Counted from the stretch's first letter, positions 37,235 through 47,683 are shown. The stretch: DNA of 64,000 nt from Syntrophobacterales bacterium (GCA_037388025.1 JARRKO010000006.1:57067-121066), one strand, 5' to 3'. A program made the numbers and translations. Notes: generated by a model from the sequence alone, not told the origin.

Positions 37235-38059
37235 ATGAGGGGGAGATTCAAGATGACTCGCGCAGTCCGTGTTGTCCTATGTATTGTTTTATTGGCCCAG
37301 TTCTTTTGCGGCACGACGACGTGGGCGGCTGAAGAAGTCGCCGTCCCGGTGATCCTCTATCACCGCTTCGGCCCCACCGTGGCTGACAGCATGACCACCA
37401 AGACTTCGGTGTTCGCGGCCCAGATGAAGTGGCTCAAGGACAACGGCTATACCGTTATTCCCATGCGCCAACTGGTGAATTACCTGTTGGGCCAGGGCCC
37501 GCCCCCGCCGCCCAAATCGGTGGTGATCTGCGCCGACGACGGTCACAAGTCCGTCTACACCGATATGCTGCCCATCGTGAAAAAGTACAATTATCCTGTA
37601 ACGCTCTTTATTTATCCCTCCTGCATCTCCAACAAACATGCGCCCTACGCCATGACCTGGGAACAACTGGCAGAGCTCAAGAAAACCGGACTGTTCGACA
37701 TGCAGTCGCACACCTTCTGGCATCCCAATTTCAAAAAAGAAAAGAAAAAGCTCAAACCCGAAGAATATCAAAAGCTGGTGGACACCCAGCTCAAGAAATC
37801 AAAAGCCATTCTGGAAAAAAAGTTTGGCACCACCGTGGATCTGCTGGCTTGGCCTTTCGGCATTTATGACGACGAGCTCGAACAGCACGCGGCCAAAGCC
37901 GGGTACGTCGTGGCCTTCAGCATCGACCGCCGCCATGCCAGCAAATCCGAGAAGAACCTGGCCCAGCCCCGCTATCTGATGACCAACGGCGACGGCATCA
38001 AAAACTTCGCCGCCATCGTCGAAGGCCGGGCCCAGGAAAAGGGACACAAGACCTATTAG
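37235..38059 (+). CDS. Polysaccharide deacetylase (CE4), exported
   Basis: VPVILYHRF, ADDG, SHTFWHP, LAWPFG. Confidence 0.92.
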   Translation: MRGRFKMTRAVRVVLCIVLLAQFFCGTTTWAAEEVAVPVILYHRFGPTVADSMTTKTSVFAAQMKWLKDNGYTVIPMRQLVNYLLGQGPPPPPKSVVICADDGHKSVYTDMLPIVKKYNYPVTLFIYPSCISNKHAPYAMTWEQLAELKKTGLFDMQSHTFWHPNFKKEKKKLKPEEYQKLVDTQLKKSKAILEKKFGTTVDLLAWPFGIYDDELEQHAAKAGYVVAFSIDRRHASKSEKNLAQPRYLMTNGDGIKNFAAIVEGRAQEKGHKTY

Positions 38060-38084
38060 TACCGGTATCTTGGGAAAATTTTCC

Positions 38085-38146
38085 TGTAGGGGCGCACCCC
38101 TGTGTGGGCCCTCTTTTAAGGGCCCACACCTGGGTCGGCCCCTACA
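38085..38146. repeat. GTAG-headed REP-like inverted pair
   Basis: TGTAGGGGCGCACCCCTGTGTGGGCCC...GGGCCCACACCTGGGTCGGCCCCTACA. Confidence 0.75.
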
Positions 38147-38184
38147 TCTAAAGGAGACCCCCAGGCCTAGACAAGGAGGCAGGC

Positions 38185-39774
38185 TTGAAAAAAATTTGTA
38201 TCGCGCTGCTCATCCCCGTGGTGGTGCTGCTTTTTGCCGCCCTGGCGCCGGCCCAGACCGGCAAGTCTGGTGACAAACCTCAGGCTGCCGAGGCGCCAGC
38301 AGCCCCCGCAGCCAAAGCTCTAGAGGCCAAGGCTCCTGAAGGGAAAACCGCAGAAGCCTCCCAGGCACCTGATAGTAAAACCGGGGAAGCCGCGCAGGTT
38401 CCTCAAGAGCAGGGGAAAGAAGCCCCGCCGGCGCCAACCCAGCCGGCCAGCGCTGCAGCCAAGGCCTACACCGGCAAGGTGGTGGACGCCGTCACCAAAA
38501 GGCCCATCGCCAACGCGCCGGTCACCCTGGGGGATAAGATGGTGCGCACCGACCAGGACGGGACCTTCAGCGTCGAGGGCGTTGGTGAGGTTCTCAGGCT
38601 GCGGGCCGCCGGCTATGCCCGGCGGGACGTGCCCCTCTCGGAGTTGGGCGGCTCTAACTCGGAAATAGCCCTTGACCCCCTCAAGGTGAAGGCCCTTTAC
38701 CTCACTGTCTATGGCGCCGCCAGCAAAAAAATTCGGGGAGCCGCGCTCGCGGCCCTGGAGCGCAACAACATGAATGCCCTGGTCATTGACGTCAAGGGCG
38801 ACCGCGGCTTCATCCCCTTCAAGGTTGACATACCCCTGGCCGAGCAGGTCGGCGCTCAAAAAACCATCCTGATAAAGGACTACCCGGCCTTCTTGCAGAA
38901 ATTAAAAGACCAGGGGCTCTATCTCATCGCCCGCATTGTGGTGTTCAAGGATAATCCCCTGGCCACGGCCAAACCCCAGTGGGCCGTCAAGAAAAAGGGT
39001 GGCGGGATTTTTCTGGACCGGGAAAAGCTGCGCTGGACCGACCCCTTTATTAAAGAGGTCTGGGATTACAACATTGCCATCGCCAAAGCCGCTGCGGAGG
39101 TGGGTTTTGACGAAATCCAGTTCGATTACGTCCGCTTCCCCGACAGCCGCAAGACATCCCTCTCCAAACCCGCCAACGTGGAAACCCGCACTAAAGCCAT
39201 CACCGGCTTCCTGGAGGCGGCCTATAAGGCCCTCATACCCTATAACGTTTTTGTGGCCGCCGATATTTTCGGGTATGTCCCCTGGAATGAAAACGACACC
39301 GACATCGGCCAGCAAATCGTGCCGGTCATGAATGCCGTGGACATCGTCTCCCTCATGGTCTATCCCTCCGGCTACCATCTGGGTATCCCCAAATACCGCA
39401 ATCCGGTCCAGCATCCCTATGAAATCGTGTATTTGACCCTCAAGCGGGCCCAGGCGCGCACCAAGGTCTCTCCCTTGCGCTTTCGACCGTGGCTGCAGGC
39501 CTTCCGGGATTATGCCTTCCGGGGCGGCGATTTCACGGAAGCGCGTATGCGCACCCAGATCAAGGCCGCTGACGATTTCGGGGCCAGCGGCTGGATGTTC
39601 TGGAACCCCCGTAACCAATATCCCACCGGCGTTTTCTCTAGCGGCAACGGCACCAAGAAAAAAAGCCGGCCAACGGCTGCCAGCCCCCCATCGGCCGCCA
39701 CTCCAGCTAAGGCCCCGGAGTCCGGTGAACCGGGCCAGGCCGAGGCAACCGAATCCAAACAGAAGGGCAATTAA
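38185..39774 (+). CDS. Putative glycoside hydrolase (DUF4015-like) with a carboxypeptidase-regulatory-like domain
   Basis: VIDVKGDRG, IARIVVFKD, GFDEIQFDYVRFP, MVYPSGY, RPWLQAF. Confidence 0.88.
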   Translation: MKKICIALLIPVVVLLFAALAPAQTGKSGDKPQAAEAPAAPAAKALEAKAPEGKTAEASQAPDSKTGEAAQVPQEQGKEAPPAPTQPASAAAKAYTGKVVDAVTKRPIANAPVTLGDKMVRTDQDGTFSVEGVGEVLRLRAAGYARRDVPLSELGGSNSEIALDPLKVKALYLTVYGAASKKIRGAALAALERNNMNALVIDVKGDRGFIPFKVDIPLAEQVGAQKTILIKDYPAFLQKLKDQGLYLIARIVVFKDNPLATAKPQWAVKKKGGGIFLDREKLRWTDPFIKEVWDYNIAIAKAAAEVGFDEIQFDYVRFPDSRKTSLSKPANVETRTKAITGFLEAAYKALIPYNVFVAADIFGYVPWNENDTDIGQQIVPVMNAVDIVSLMVYPSGYHLGIPKYRNPVQHPYEIVYLTLKRAQARTKVSPLRFRPWLQAFRDYAFRGGDFTEARMRTQIKAADDFGASGWMFWNPRNQYPTGVFSSGNGTKKKSRPTAASPPSAATPAKAPESGEPGQAEATESKQKGN

Positions 39775-39842
39775 GCTTCAGTCAAACACTGAAAAGATGA
39801 TTTACATTCAACGTGGTGGCGACTAAAATGCTGTAACGACAT

Positions 39843-42317
39843 TTGCTAAAACCTTTTGCCATGAGAGGCCCAATGGCTTACCGTAGGTTTTTTGCAGCCC
39901 TTAGTGTGATCGCCGCAGTTGTCGTCCTTTCTTTATTCCCCGCTTGTAGAGCTAGGCCCCCAGTGACGCCGGTGGTGGCGCCGCCGCCAGTTACACCGCC
40001 CAAACCCAAGCTGGCCCGGCCGCCAGTCCCGGAAGCCCCGCCCTTAACCCTAAAGCTGGATCCCCACCTGGCCCGCATCGATGCCGTAGCCCGTCAGGCC
40101 ATCGCCGACGGAGGTTTCCCCGGCGCCGTCATCCTGGTGGGACACCAAGGGAAGATCGTCTATCGCAAGGCCTTCGGCTACCGCTCCCTCCTGCCCCAAC
40201 GGCAGCCCATGAGGGAAGACACCATTTTTGACCTGGCCTCCCTGACCAAGGTGGTGGCCACCACCACGGCCATCATGCAACTTATCGATCAAGGCCGCCT
40301 GCATCTCAATGATCCCGTGGGGAAATATTGGCCGGAGTTCAACAAAAACGGCAAAAGACGCATCACCATCAAGCACCTTCTGACCCACTCCTCCGGCTTG
40401 CGCGCCGAGGTCAATTCCCATGTTCACTGGCGGGGGTACGAGGGTGCTATTGTCGCCATTGCCGCCGATCATCCGGTCAATCCGCCGGGAACCACCTTCA
40501 AGTACAGTGACGCCAATTTCATTGCTTTAGGTGAGATAGTCCATCTAGTCTCCGGTTTGCCCCTTAACGTTTACTGTCAAAAAAACATCTTTAAACCTTT
40601 GGGCCTGCGCCACACCACTTTTCGGCCCCCGGGAAGCTGGCAGCCGCGCATTGCGCCGGCCGATGTTTGGGGGGATCGATTGCGCTGGGGGGAAGTCCAA
40701 GATCCCACCGCGAACCGCATGGGCGGTGTGGCCGGGAATGCAGGCTTGTTTTCCACGGCCGACGACCTGGCCATCTTCGTGCAGATGCTCCTGGACGGCG
40801 GCGTCAGCCGGGGGAAGCGCCTGCTCAGCGCCCATGCAGTGGCCGCTATGACCAGGCCTTACCACCTGCCGGCAAGTTCGGTTCAGCGCGGCCTCGGCTG
40901 GGATATCCAGTCGCCTTACAGCAAAGAGCATAATGCCTCGTTTCCGAGGGGCTCCTTTGGGCATACCGGTTATACCGGCACCTCCATCTGGGTTGACCCC
41001 CACTCCCAGACTTTCTTGATCATTCTCACCAACCGCTTACATCCTGACGGCAGGGGGCGGGTCAAGCCCCTGAGGGCTCGGGTGGCCAATGCGGTGGCTG
41101 CCGCCCTTCACCTGGGACCCCCGGCTCGGGTCGCGGTTTGGGCCCCTTCGGAATTAGCCAGGGCGGGTCATGGCCAAAGTGACGTCCTCCACCGGGTCCG
41201 ACCGGGCCTGGAGGTGCTGGCCTCCTCCGGCTATGCCCCCCTGCAGGGCAAAAGAGTGGGGGTGATTACCAACCACTCGGGTATTGACGCCACTCGGCGC
41301 TCCACCGTGCTGCTCCTCCGACAGGCCCCGGGCGTCAAACTGCGGGCCATTTTCAGCCCGGAACATGGACTGCGCGGTGTTCTCGATGAAAAAGTCGCTT
41401 CGGGCGCTGATCCCCTCACCGGTCTGCCGGTCTATAGTTTATACGGCAAGGTGAAGAAGCCCACCGCGAGGATGCTTCGGGGATTGGACGTGCTGGTGTA
41501 CGACGTTCAGGACGTGGGCGCCCGCTACTATACCTATATCACCACCATGGCCTATGCCATGGAGGCCGCAGCGGACGCCGGCCTCGAGTTCATTGTGCTG
41601 GACCGGCCCAACCCCATCACCGCGTCCTCGGTCCAGGGACCGGTGATGGACCGCAATTTGAAGTCCTTCATCGGTTTCTACCCTTTGCCCCTGCGCTACG
41701 GCATGACTCCCGGGGAGGTGGCCCGGCTCTTCAACCGGGAAGCCGGCATCGGCGTCAGATTGCAAGTGGTGCCCATGAAAGGATATCGTCGGGAGGTCTG
41801 GTTCGATGAGACCGGTTTGCCCTGGGTCAATCCGTCACCCAACCTCAGGTCCCTGGCCCAAGCCATTCTCTATTGTGGCGTGGGTGCGGTGGAATCCGCC
41901 AACGTCAGCGTCGGCCGGGGCACCGACACGCCCTTTGAGGTCCTGGGTGCCCCTTGGATCAACGGCAAGCGGCTGGCCAACTATTTGGAAAAGCGAAATA
42001 TACCCGGGGTGGAATTCCAACCCGTTACCTTCGTCCCCCGGTCTAGCCGCTACCATGGACGAAGTTGCCAGGGGGTGCGGGTGTTACTGGTGGATCGCCA
42101 AAAATTTAACGGCCCGCTTCTGGGGGTGGAACTGGCTGCAGCTTTAAACCGCCTCTATCCGGGAAAGCTTGCCTTGGGCAATACCTTGAGCATGATCGGC
42201 TCCCGGCAAGTCCTGCAGGCCATCAAAAACGGCGACGATCCCCGTCAAATTCGCCGCCGGTGGCAGCCGCAATTGTCTGATTTCCTTCGGAAGCGCGCCA
42301 AATATCTGCTTTATTAA
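39843..42317 (+). CDS. Beta-lactamase-fold serine hydrolase fused to a NamZ/DUF1343 exo-beta-N-acetylmuramidase domain
   Basis: ASLTK (SxxK), YSD, GHTGYTG; FSPEHG, YDVQDVGARYYTY, DRPNP, PSPNL. Confidence 0.9.
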   Translation: MLKPFAMRGPMAYRRFFAALSVIAAVVVLSLFPACRARPPVTPVVAPPPVTPPKPKLARPPVPEAPPLTLKLDPHLARIDAVARQAIADGGFPGAVILVGHQGKIVYRKAFGYRSLLPQRQPMREDTIFDLASLTKVVATTTAIMQLIDQGRLHLNDPVGKYWPEFNKNGKRRITIKHLLTHSSGLRAEVNSHVHWRGYEGAIVAIAADHPVNPPGTTFKYSDANFIALGEIVHLVSGLPLNVYCQKNIFKPLGLRHTTFRPPGSWQPRIAPADVWGDRLRWGEVQDPTANRMGGVAGNAGLFSTADDLAIFVQMLLDGGVSRGKRLLSAHAVAAMTRPYHLPASSVQRGLGWDIQSPYSKEHNASFPRGSFGHTGYTGTSIWVDPHSQTFLIILTNRLHPDGRGRVKPLRARVANAVAAALHLGPPARVAVWAPSELARAGHGQSDVLHRVRPGLEVLASSGYAPLQGKRVGVITNHSGIDATRRSTVLLLRQAPGVKLRAIFSPEHGLRGVLDEKVASGADPLTGLPVYSLYGKVKKPTARMLRGLDVLVYDVQDVGARYYTYITTMAYAMEAAADAGLEFIVLDRPNPITASSVQGPVMDRNLKSFIGFYPLPLRYGMTPGEVARLFNREAGIGVRLQVVPMKGYRREVWFDETGLPWVNPSPNLRSLAQAILYCGVGAVESANVSVGRGTDTPFEVLGAPWINGKRLANYLEKRNIPGVEFQPVTFVPRSSRYHGRSCQGVRVLLVDRQKFNGPLLGVELAAALNRLYPGKLALGNTLSMIGSRQVLQAIKNGDDPRQIRRRWQPQLSDFLRKRAKYLLY

Positions 42318-42517
42318 GCCATTCCCCGGTTGAATTCTCTGGTGAGTTGGTGTCTTAAGGTCCCCGGCCCGTTTTTCATGTAGGGACAGCCGCCCCTGGC
42401 TGTTCTTTTGGCTCGCCCTAAGCCTTGAAGGTAGCGCCGTCGCAGTCGGCGGTGTAAACTCTCTCCACTTCATGCCGTTTTTCGAAGTACTTTTAAATGG
42501 GCTGCAATTTACAAACT

Positions 42518-42645
42518 GATACCTCTGCGAAAATCTTTCGTTAACCCAGGGTTCTCTTAGCTAATCAATATGTTGTGGAGCAGGCGCCCTCGACTGCAAT
42601 ATACAGCCGAGAGCGGCTATGCTATATGATTTTCGCAGAAGTCTC
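42518..42645. mobile_element. MITE, copy 2
   Basis: GATACCTCTGCGAAAATC ... GATTTTCGCAGAAGTCTC; interior similar to 35356-35484. Confidence 0.78.
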
Positions 42646-42917
42646 AAACGCGAAATCAAATAATCTGATTTTTGGGGTAAGACAATATGAAAAATTATTG
42701 AATCTTAAAAAACATTACTTGAATTTTTTGGATAATTGCAGGATGATAGAATAGTGTATCAAAATTGTTTGAATTCAGTGAGTAATTGGTGAACCTCAAA
42801 TTTTGGGTTGGATTGGGCTTAACGGGAAAATACAGTTGGAATACGTGAGGCAAAGGCTTTTATAGCCGGCCAATCGTTATACAAACTTTAGAAAATGGAA
42901 AAGAGGGAACCCGGGAA

Positions 42918-44522
42918 GTGAACTACAACTCATTTTTTAGTTTTTCAGAATCACCTTTTCTTGAAGTTCTGGACCAGAGATTCCTGTTCCTTTCGAAGCA
43001 GTTTGAATTGTTCTTGGTGCAACTCACCAAGTTTGTCAGCCAGTGCCAAGGGATCGCCGTGTTAAGCGGAGAGGAGGGCGTCGGCAAGACCTTGTTGGTT
43101 CAGACTCTGCTGCAAAGATTACCCTCGTCCTTCCAAACGCTCATCATCAGCCACCCGGAGGCTGAACCGCTGGCCATCACGGTCAAGATTGCCCAGGCGC
43201 TGGGCGTTACTTTTAGGCAAAGCAATCTGGTGAATCTCACTCATTTGGCAGAGGCTCTTCAGAGCGCGGCCCAGCAAGAAAAAATTTTTTTCTTGGTCCT
43301 GGACGACGCTCATGCTCTGACGGACCAACACCTGGAGGAGATTTATGTCCTCTCTCAAATGGAAGACCAGGGCCGGCAACTCTTGCCCATCTTGTTGGTG
43401 GGCCGCAAAGGCCTGGTGCAAAAGCTGGCCGGCCAAACGAACCAGCGCCTCCAGAAGCTCATCCGCCACCAGTTCGGCCTTACCGGCTTAACTTTTCAAG
43501 AAACCCCTCAATATATTGATCACCGCCTGCAACAGGTTGGGTCGAGTTTTAAGGCCTGCTTCGCGGAAGGGTGTTCCGGACAGTTGTTTTCCAGAACCGG
43601 GGGCATACCCCGTCGCATCAACCAGGTTTGCGACCAGGCCTTGAACCGAGCCTGGCAAGAGAATCGAAGCCGAGTGACCCGGGACCTCATCGGGGAGGCG
43701 TCGACCACTGATTATAAGCCCCTGGTCCCCCCGCCCAAGTATAGCTCCCTGACCAAATTCGGCTCATTGGCCGCGGCAGTGCTGCTGTCGGGCCTGATCG
43801 GGTATGTCATCTATAATAATTATTATAGCCTGCCCCTTGAGACCTCCCCTCCGGTGGCCTCCAGGGCCGCTCCTCCTGCGGAGACCTTGCCCGGCCCCCG
43901 TCCGGAGCCCTCTCCCGTGGCCCCGGAGGCTGTCACCCAGGTCCAGCCCGAAGTCCAACCCAAAGACCAGACCGAAGCAGGGACGGTCGCTCGTCAGGAG
44001 ATTCCCCCTCCTGAACCCCAGGTCTCCCAGGAACCAACGCCTTCCCCGGTATCGCCCCCCGCCGAAGCCTCCATGGCTCCCCCGCAGGAAACCCCTGCCG
44101 TGGAGGCGGAGACCACCAGACCGGCGACGCATCGGGTGGCGCCCGAGGACGGTGGCCTCCTCAAAATCGTCGCCGACTATTACCCTGACGAGCAAGAAAT
44201 TGGCTATGGCGCGGTCATCCTTGCCAATCCCGAAATTAAAAATGAAGATATTATTTATCCAGGACAAAAATTAATGCTACCGAAAATAGAAAACCATACA
44301 ATGATAACGTTAAATAATCATCAACATTATTGTTTGTATAAACTTTTCTATAATTCCACTCAAGTGGAACAAACTACAGCCAAGCTCAAAGAGCATGATA
44401 TCCATTATCTTGTCAGAGAAACCTGGCTTCCGGATGCCGGCCACATCTACCGTATCTTTTTGGGAGGTTATGAAGACAAAGCAAAATTGGAAGAAGCCAT
44501 GGTTATGGCGGAAAAGGGTTGA
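42918..44522 (+). CDS. ExeA/GspA-like AAA ATPase with TM helix, Pro-rich linker and LysM-like/SPOR-like C-terminus
   Basis: GEEGVGKT, VLDDAH, YIDHRL, GIPRRINQVCD; ANPEIKNEDIIYPGQKL; YRIFLGGY. Confidence 0.85.
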   Translation: MNYNSFFSFSESPFLEVLDQRFLFLSKQFELFLVQLTKFVSQCQGIAVLSGEEGVGKTLLVQTLLQRLPSSFQTLIISHPEAEPLAITVKIAQALGVTFRQSNLVNLTHLAEALQSAAQQEKIFFLVLDDAHALTDQHLEEIYVLSQMEDQGRQLLPILLVGRKGLVQKLAGQTNQRLQKLIRHQFGLTGLTFQETPQYIDHRLQQVGSSFKACFAEGCSGQLFSRTGGIPRRINQVCDQALNRAWQENRSRVTRDLIGEASTTDYKPLVPPPKYSSLTKFGSLAAAVLLSGLIGYVIYNNYYSLPLETSPPVASRAAPPAETLPGPRPEPSPVAPEAVTQVQPEVQPKDQTEAGTVARQEIPPPEPQVSQEPTPSPVSPPAEASMAPPQETPAVEAETTRPATHRVAPEDGGLLKIVADYYPDEQEIGYGAVILANPEIKNEDIIYPGQKLMLPKIENHTMITLNNHQHYCLYKLFYNSTQVEQTTAKLKEHDIHYLVRETWLPDAGHIYRIFLGGYEDKAKLEEAMVMAEKG

Positions 44523-44702
44523 TAAATTCCCGATTACACCATTCTTGATATCTCATTTAATATAGTTAACCGACTCTAATTCTTATATCTTCATATATTG
44601 GGGTCTCCGTCGGCGCCGTAACGCGGCTGCTCATGGATACGACCAGCAGCTGGACCGACATCTAAGGGTTTCCGCATCGACACGTACACGAGGGAGGACC
44701 AG

Positions 44703-45554
44703 TTGGTGGCCAAGCTTTTGAGAATTAGTGGTTGGGTAATTCTTTTCTGGACAGTTTTTCTGTCAGGTCTTGTCGGGCCGGCCGTAGCAGAAGCCTCTTC
44801 TTACGACGACTATGGCGCGGTGTTGCAGGAGTTCGTCAATCAAGAAGGCCTGGTCAATTATCGCGGTTTGAAGGCCGACCCCCAAAAATTGGAAAACTTT
44901 TTGCACGCCCTGGCTCAGGTCCACCCGGAGGATTATAAGAAATGGCCAGTTCCCCAACAGATCGCCTTTTGGATCAATGCCTATAATGCCCTGACCTTGA
45001 AAGCCATCATTGATCACTACCCGATTAAGGCCTCTTTCTGGCGTTCCCTGAAATTCCCCCGTAATAGCATCCGTCAGATACCAGGGGTGTGGACGGATTT
45101 GCGGTTCCCCGTCATGGGCCGGCGGATGACGCTGGACGAAATCGAGCACGGCATCTTGCGCCGGCAATTTAATGAACCCCGCATTCACATGGCCCTGGTG
45201 TGCGCCGCCCTGGGATGTCCGCCGTTGCGCCCCGAACCCTATGTGGGGGATAAACTGAATGACCAACTGAATGATCAGGCCCGCCACTTCCTGGCCAATC
45301 CGAAAAAATTCAAAATAGACCGCCAGGAAGGACAGGTTTACCTTTCCCCCATTTTCAAGTGGTTCGGTGAGGATTTTATCAGAATCTATGGCACCAACGC
45401 CAGGTTCAGTCGGTTCCAGCCCAAAGAAAGGGCGGTACTGAATTTCATCCAGAATTATCTCTCCAAGGCGGACCAGGAATATCTCTTCAAAGGAGATTAT
45501 GTCATTTCTTATCTGGATTACGACTGGTCGTTGAATGAAAGGCCAGACCAGTAG
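44703..45554 (+). CDS. DUF547 domain protein, exported
   Basis: AFWINAYNA, LDEIEH, PRIHMALVCAALGCP, YDWSLN. Confidence 0.9.
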   Translation: MVAKLLRISGWVILFWTVFLSGLVGPAVAEASSYDDYGAVLQEFVNQEGLVNYRGLKADPQKLENFLHALAQVHPEDYKKWPVPQQIAFWINAYNALTLKAIIDHYPIKASFWRSLKFPRNSIRQIPGVWTDLRFPVMGRRMTLDEIEHGILRRQFNEPRIHMALVCAALGCPPLRPEPYVGDKLNDQLNDQARHFLANPKKFKIDRQEGQVYLSPIFKWFGEDFIRIYGTNARFSRFQPKERAVLNFIQNYLSKADQEYLFKGDYVISYLDYDWSLNERPDQ

Positions 45555-46991
45555 GTGGAACCGCAGGGTAAAGACATTGGCAATAACCAGGAAGCCCTGG
45601 AAACCCCAGGCCGAGTGATATTGTTTTTCGGTTTGGGCCTGGTAGTTCTCCAGGTACTGCTGGCCTGGGTTTCCCACTACCTGGCCCGAGAGGTGGAGCC
45701 GGGTTTGCTTATCCTTCTGCCCGCGGCCTTGGGGGTGACCGCCGGGGTGGTCTATCTGCTGGCGGTATCCCGGATACTTCGCCTGCCGGATAGCACCCGC
45801 TTGGTGGTCTTCGTGCTTGTCGCCGGAGCCCTCATGCGCCTGGTGCTGTTTTTTTCCACCCCCATCCTGGAGGATGATTTCTATCGGTACCTCTGGGACG
45901 GCGCGGTCACGGCCCAGGGCATCAATCCCTATGTTCATGCTCCTGAGGACTTTTTAGCCGAGCCCGAGTCCCAACGCCCGGGTCCCCCCGTTTTGCGCCG
46001 GTTGTCCCGGGAGGGTGCCCAGGTTCTGGCTCGCATCAACCACCCCCATCTCACCACCATATATCCGCCGGTGAGCCAGTTGGCCTTTGCCCTGGCCTAC
46101 AGGTTGGCCCCCTTCAGCCTGACGGCCTGGCGCCTGGTGTTAACTGCCTTTGACCTGGCGACCCTAGCTCTCCTCTTCGTCATTCTCCGCACCCTGAACC
46201 TGCCGCTGCTCCTCCTGACCATTTATTGGTGGAACCCGCTTTTCCTGAAAGAAATAGTCAACTCCGCCCACCTGGACGTGCTGGCTCTGCCTTTTGCCCT
46301 CGGGGCCGTGCTGCTGGCCCTTAAGGGGCGCCCTGTGTTGGCCTTGGCGCCGCTGGCCGGGGGCATCGGGGCCAAACTCTGGCCCGTGGTCCTGGCGCCC
46401 CTGGTCCTTCGCCCCCTTTTTTCCCAACCCCGGCGCTTAGCCCTGGGAGTCTTTTTATTGGGGACTCTGTTGGTGCTCTTGTTTCTGCCGGTTCTGACCG
46501 CCGGGGGTGGCGAACCTGCCGGTTTTTGGGCCTACGCCCGTCAATGGGAAATGAACGATGCCTTCTTTAAGGGGCTCCACTGGGGGGTGCTGGCGGTCCT
46601 GGGCCTTTTCGGGGTTTACGCGGCGGCTCCGGCCATCACCCGAGTTTTGGTCCTGGGACTTTTGACTATCTGGATCTTTTGGCAGGTGCGCCCACCCCTG
46701 GAAGATGGGTCAGATTTTTGCGAACGGGCTCTTTTGCTGTTGGCGGCTCTCTTTCTTTTGAGTCCCACCCAGTTTCCCTGGTATTATGTCATGATAATTC
46801 CTTTTGTAACGCTCAGGCCCCGGTGGTCGCTGCTGCTCCTCACCGCGCTGCTGCCCCTGTATTATCTGCGCTATTATTTTCTGGCCCGGGGGCAGGCGGC
46901 CTGGTTTGATTATGGTGTGGTGTGGCTGGAGTATGTGCCGGTATGGCTGCTTCTGCTCAAAGAGGGCCTGGCCCCCCGCCGTGCGATATGA
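45555..46991 (+). CDS. GT-C fold membrane glycosyltransferase (GT87-like)
   Basis: EDDFYRYLWDG, TIYPP, WWNPL, AHLD, FPWY. Confidence 0.82.
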   Translation: MEPQGKDIGNNQEALETPGRVILFFGLGLVVLQVLLAWVSHYLAREVEPGLLILLPAALGVTAGVVYLLAVSRILRLPDSTRLVVFVLVAGALMRLVLFFSTPILEDDFYRYLWDGAVTAQGINPYVHAPEDFLAEPESQRPGPPVLRRLSREGAQVLARINHPHLTTIYPPVSQLAFALAYRLAPFSLTAWRLVLTAFDLATLALLFVILRTLNLPLLLLTIYWWNPLFLKEIVNSAHLDVLALPFALGAVLLALKGRPVLALAPLAGGIGAKLWPVVLAPLVLRPLFSQPRRLALGVFLLGTLLVLLFLPVLTAGGGEPAGFWAYARQWEMNDAFFKGLHWGVLAVLGLFGVYAAAPAITRVLVLGLLTIWIFWQVRPPLEDGSDFCERALLLLAALFLLSPTQFPWYYVMIIPFVTLRPRWSLLLLTALLPLYYLRYYFLARGQAAWFDYGVVWLEYVPVWLLLLKEGLAPRRAI

Positions 46992-47683
46992 GAGGCAAAA
47001 ACCGCATTACCGTTATCATTCCGGCTTTGAACGAAGAGGCCGCCATCGGTCTGGTCCTGGCGGCCATTCCCCCTTGGGTGGATGAGGTGGTGGTGGTGGA
47101 CAATGGCTCCACCGACGCCACCCCCGAGGTGGCTCGGGAAAAGGGCGCCCGTGTGGTCCGGGAGCCCCAAAGAGGCTATGGGGCTGCGTGTCTGGCCGGG
47201 ATCGAGGCCTTGCACCATCCGGACCTCGTGGTCTTCCTGGACGGCGATTTCAGCGACCACCCTGAAGAGATGGACCGGTTGATTGATCCCTTGGTGGCCC
47301 ACCAGGCGGACTTGGTGATCGGCTCCCGGGTTCTGGGTCACCGGCAGCCCGGGGCCCTCACCCCCCAGGCCCGCTTCGGCAACTGGCTGGCCTGCCTGCT
47401 CATCCGGCTGTTCTGGCAGGTAACCTATACCGACCTGGGCCCCTTCCGGGCCATACGGTTCCCGGCCCTCCAAGGACTCAACCTGGAGGACCGTAATTAT
47501 GGCTGGACCGTGGAAATGCAGATCAAGGCCGCGGCGCAGGGCCTCCGGGTCCTGGAGATACCGGTGAGCTATCGCCGGCGGGTGGGGCAATCCAAGATTT
47601 CCGGCACCATCAGAGGAATTGTCGGGGCCGGCACCAAGATCCTGGCCACCATCGGCAAAGAGGCTTACCGCGCTAAGCTGTGA
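46988..47683 (+). CDS. GT2 glycosyltransferase (Dol-P-Man synthase-like)
   Basis: VIIPALNEE, VDNGSTD, FLDGD, GWTVEMQ; ATGA overlap with the upstream gene. Confidence 0.92.
   Translation: MRGKNRITVIIPALNEEAAIGLVLAAIPPWVDEVVVVDNGSTDATPEVAREKGARVVREPQRGYGAACLAGIEALHHPDLVVFLDGDFSDHPEEMDRLIDPLVAHQADLVIGSRVLGHRQPGALTPQARFGNWLACLLIRLFWQVTYTDLGPFRAIRFPALQGLNLEDRNYGWTVEMQIKAAAQGLRVLEIPVSYRRRVGQSKISGTIRGIVGAGTKILATIGKEAYRAKL

Noticed and set aside
678-47590. Many long antisense or alternative-frame ORFs (e.g. 3378-4379, 10227-11330, 12702-13784, 15430-16416, 24171-25331, 31130-31825, 44763-45938)
   Set aside because: Shadows of well-supported genes in GC-rich DNA; no recognisable motifs
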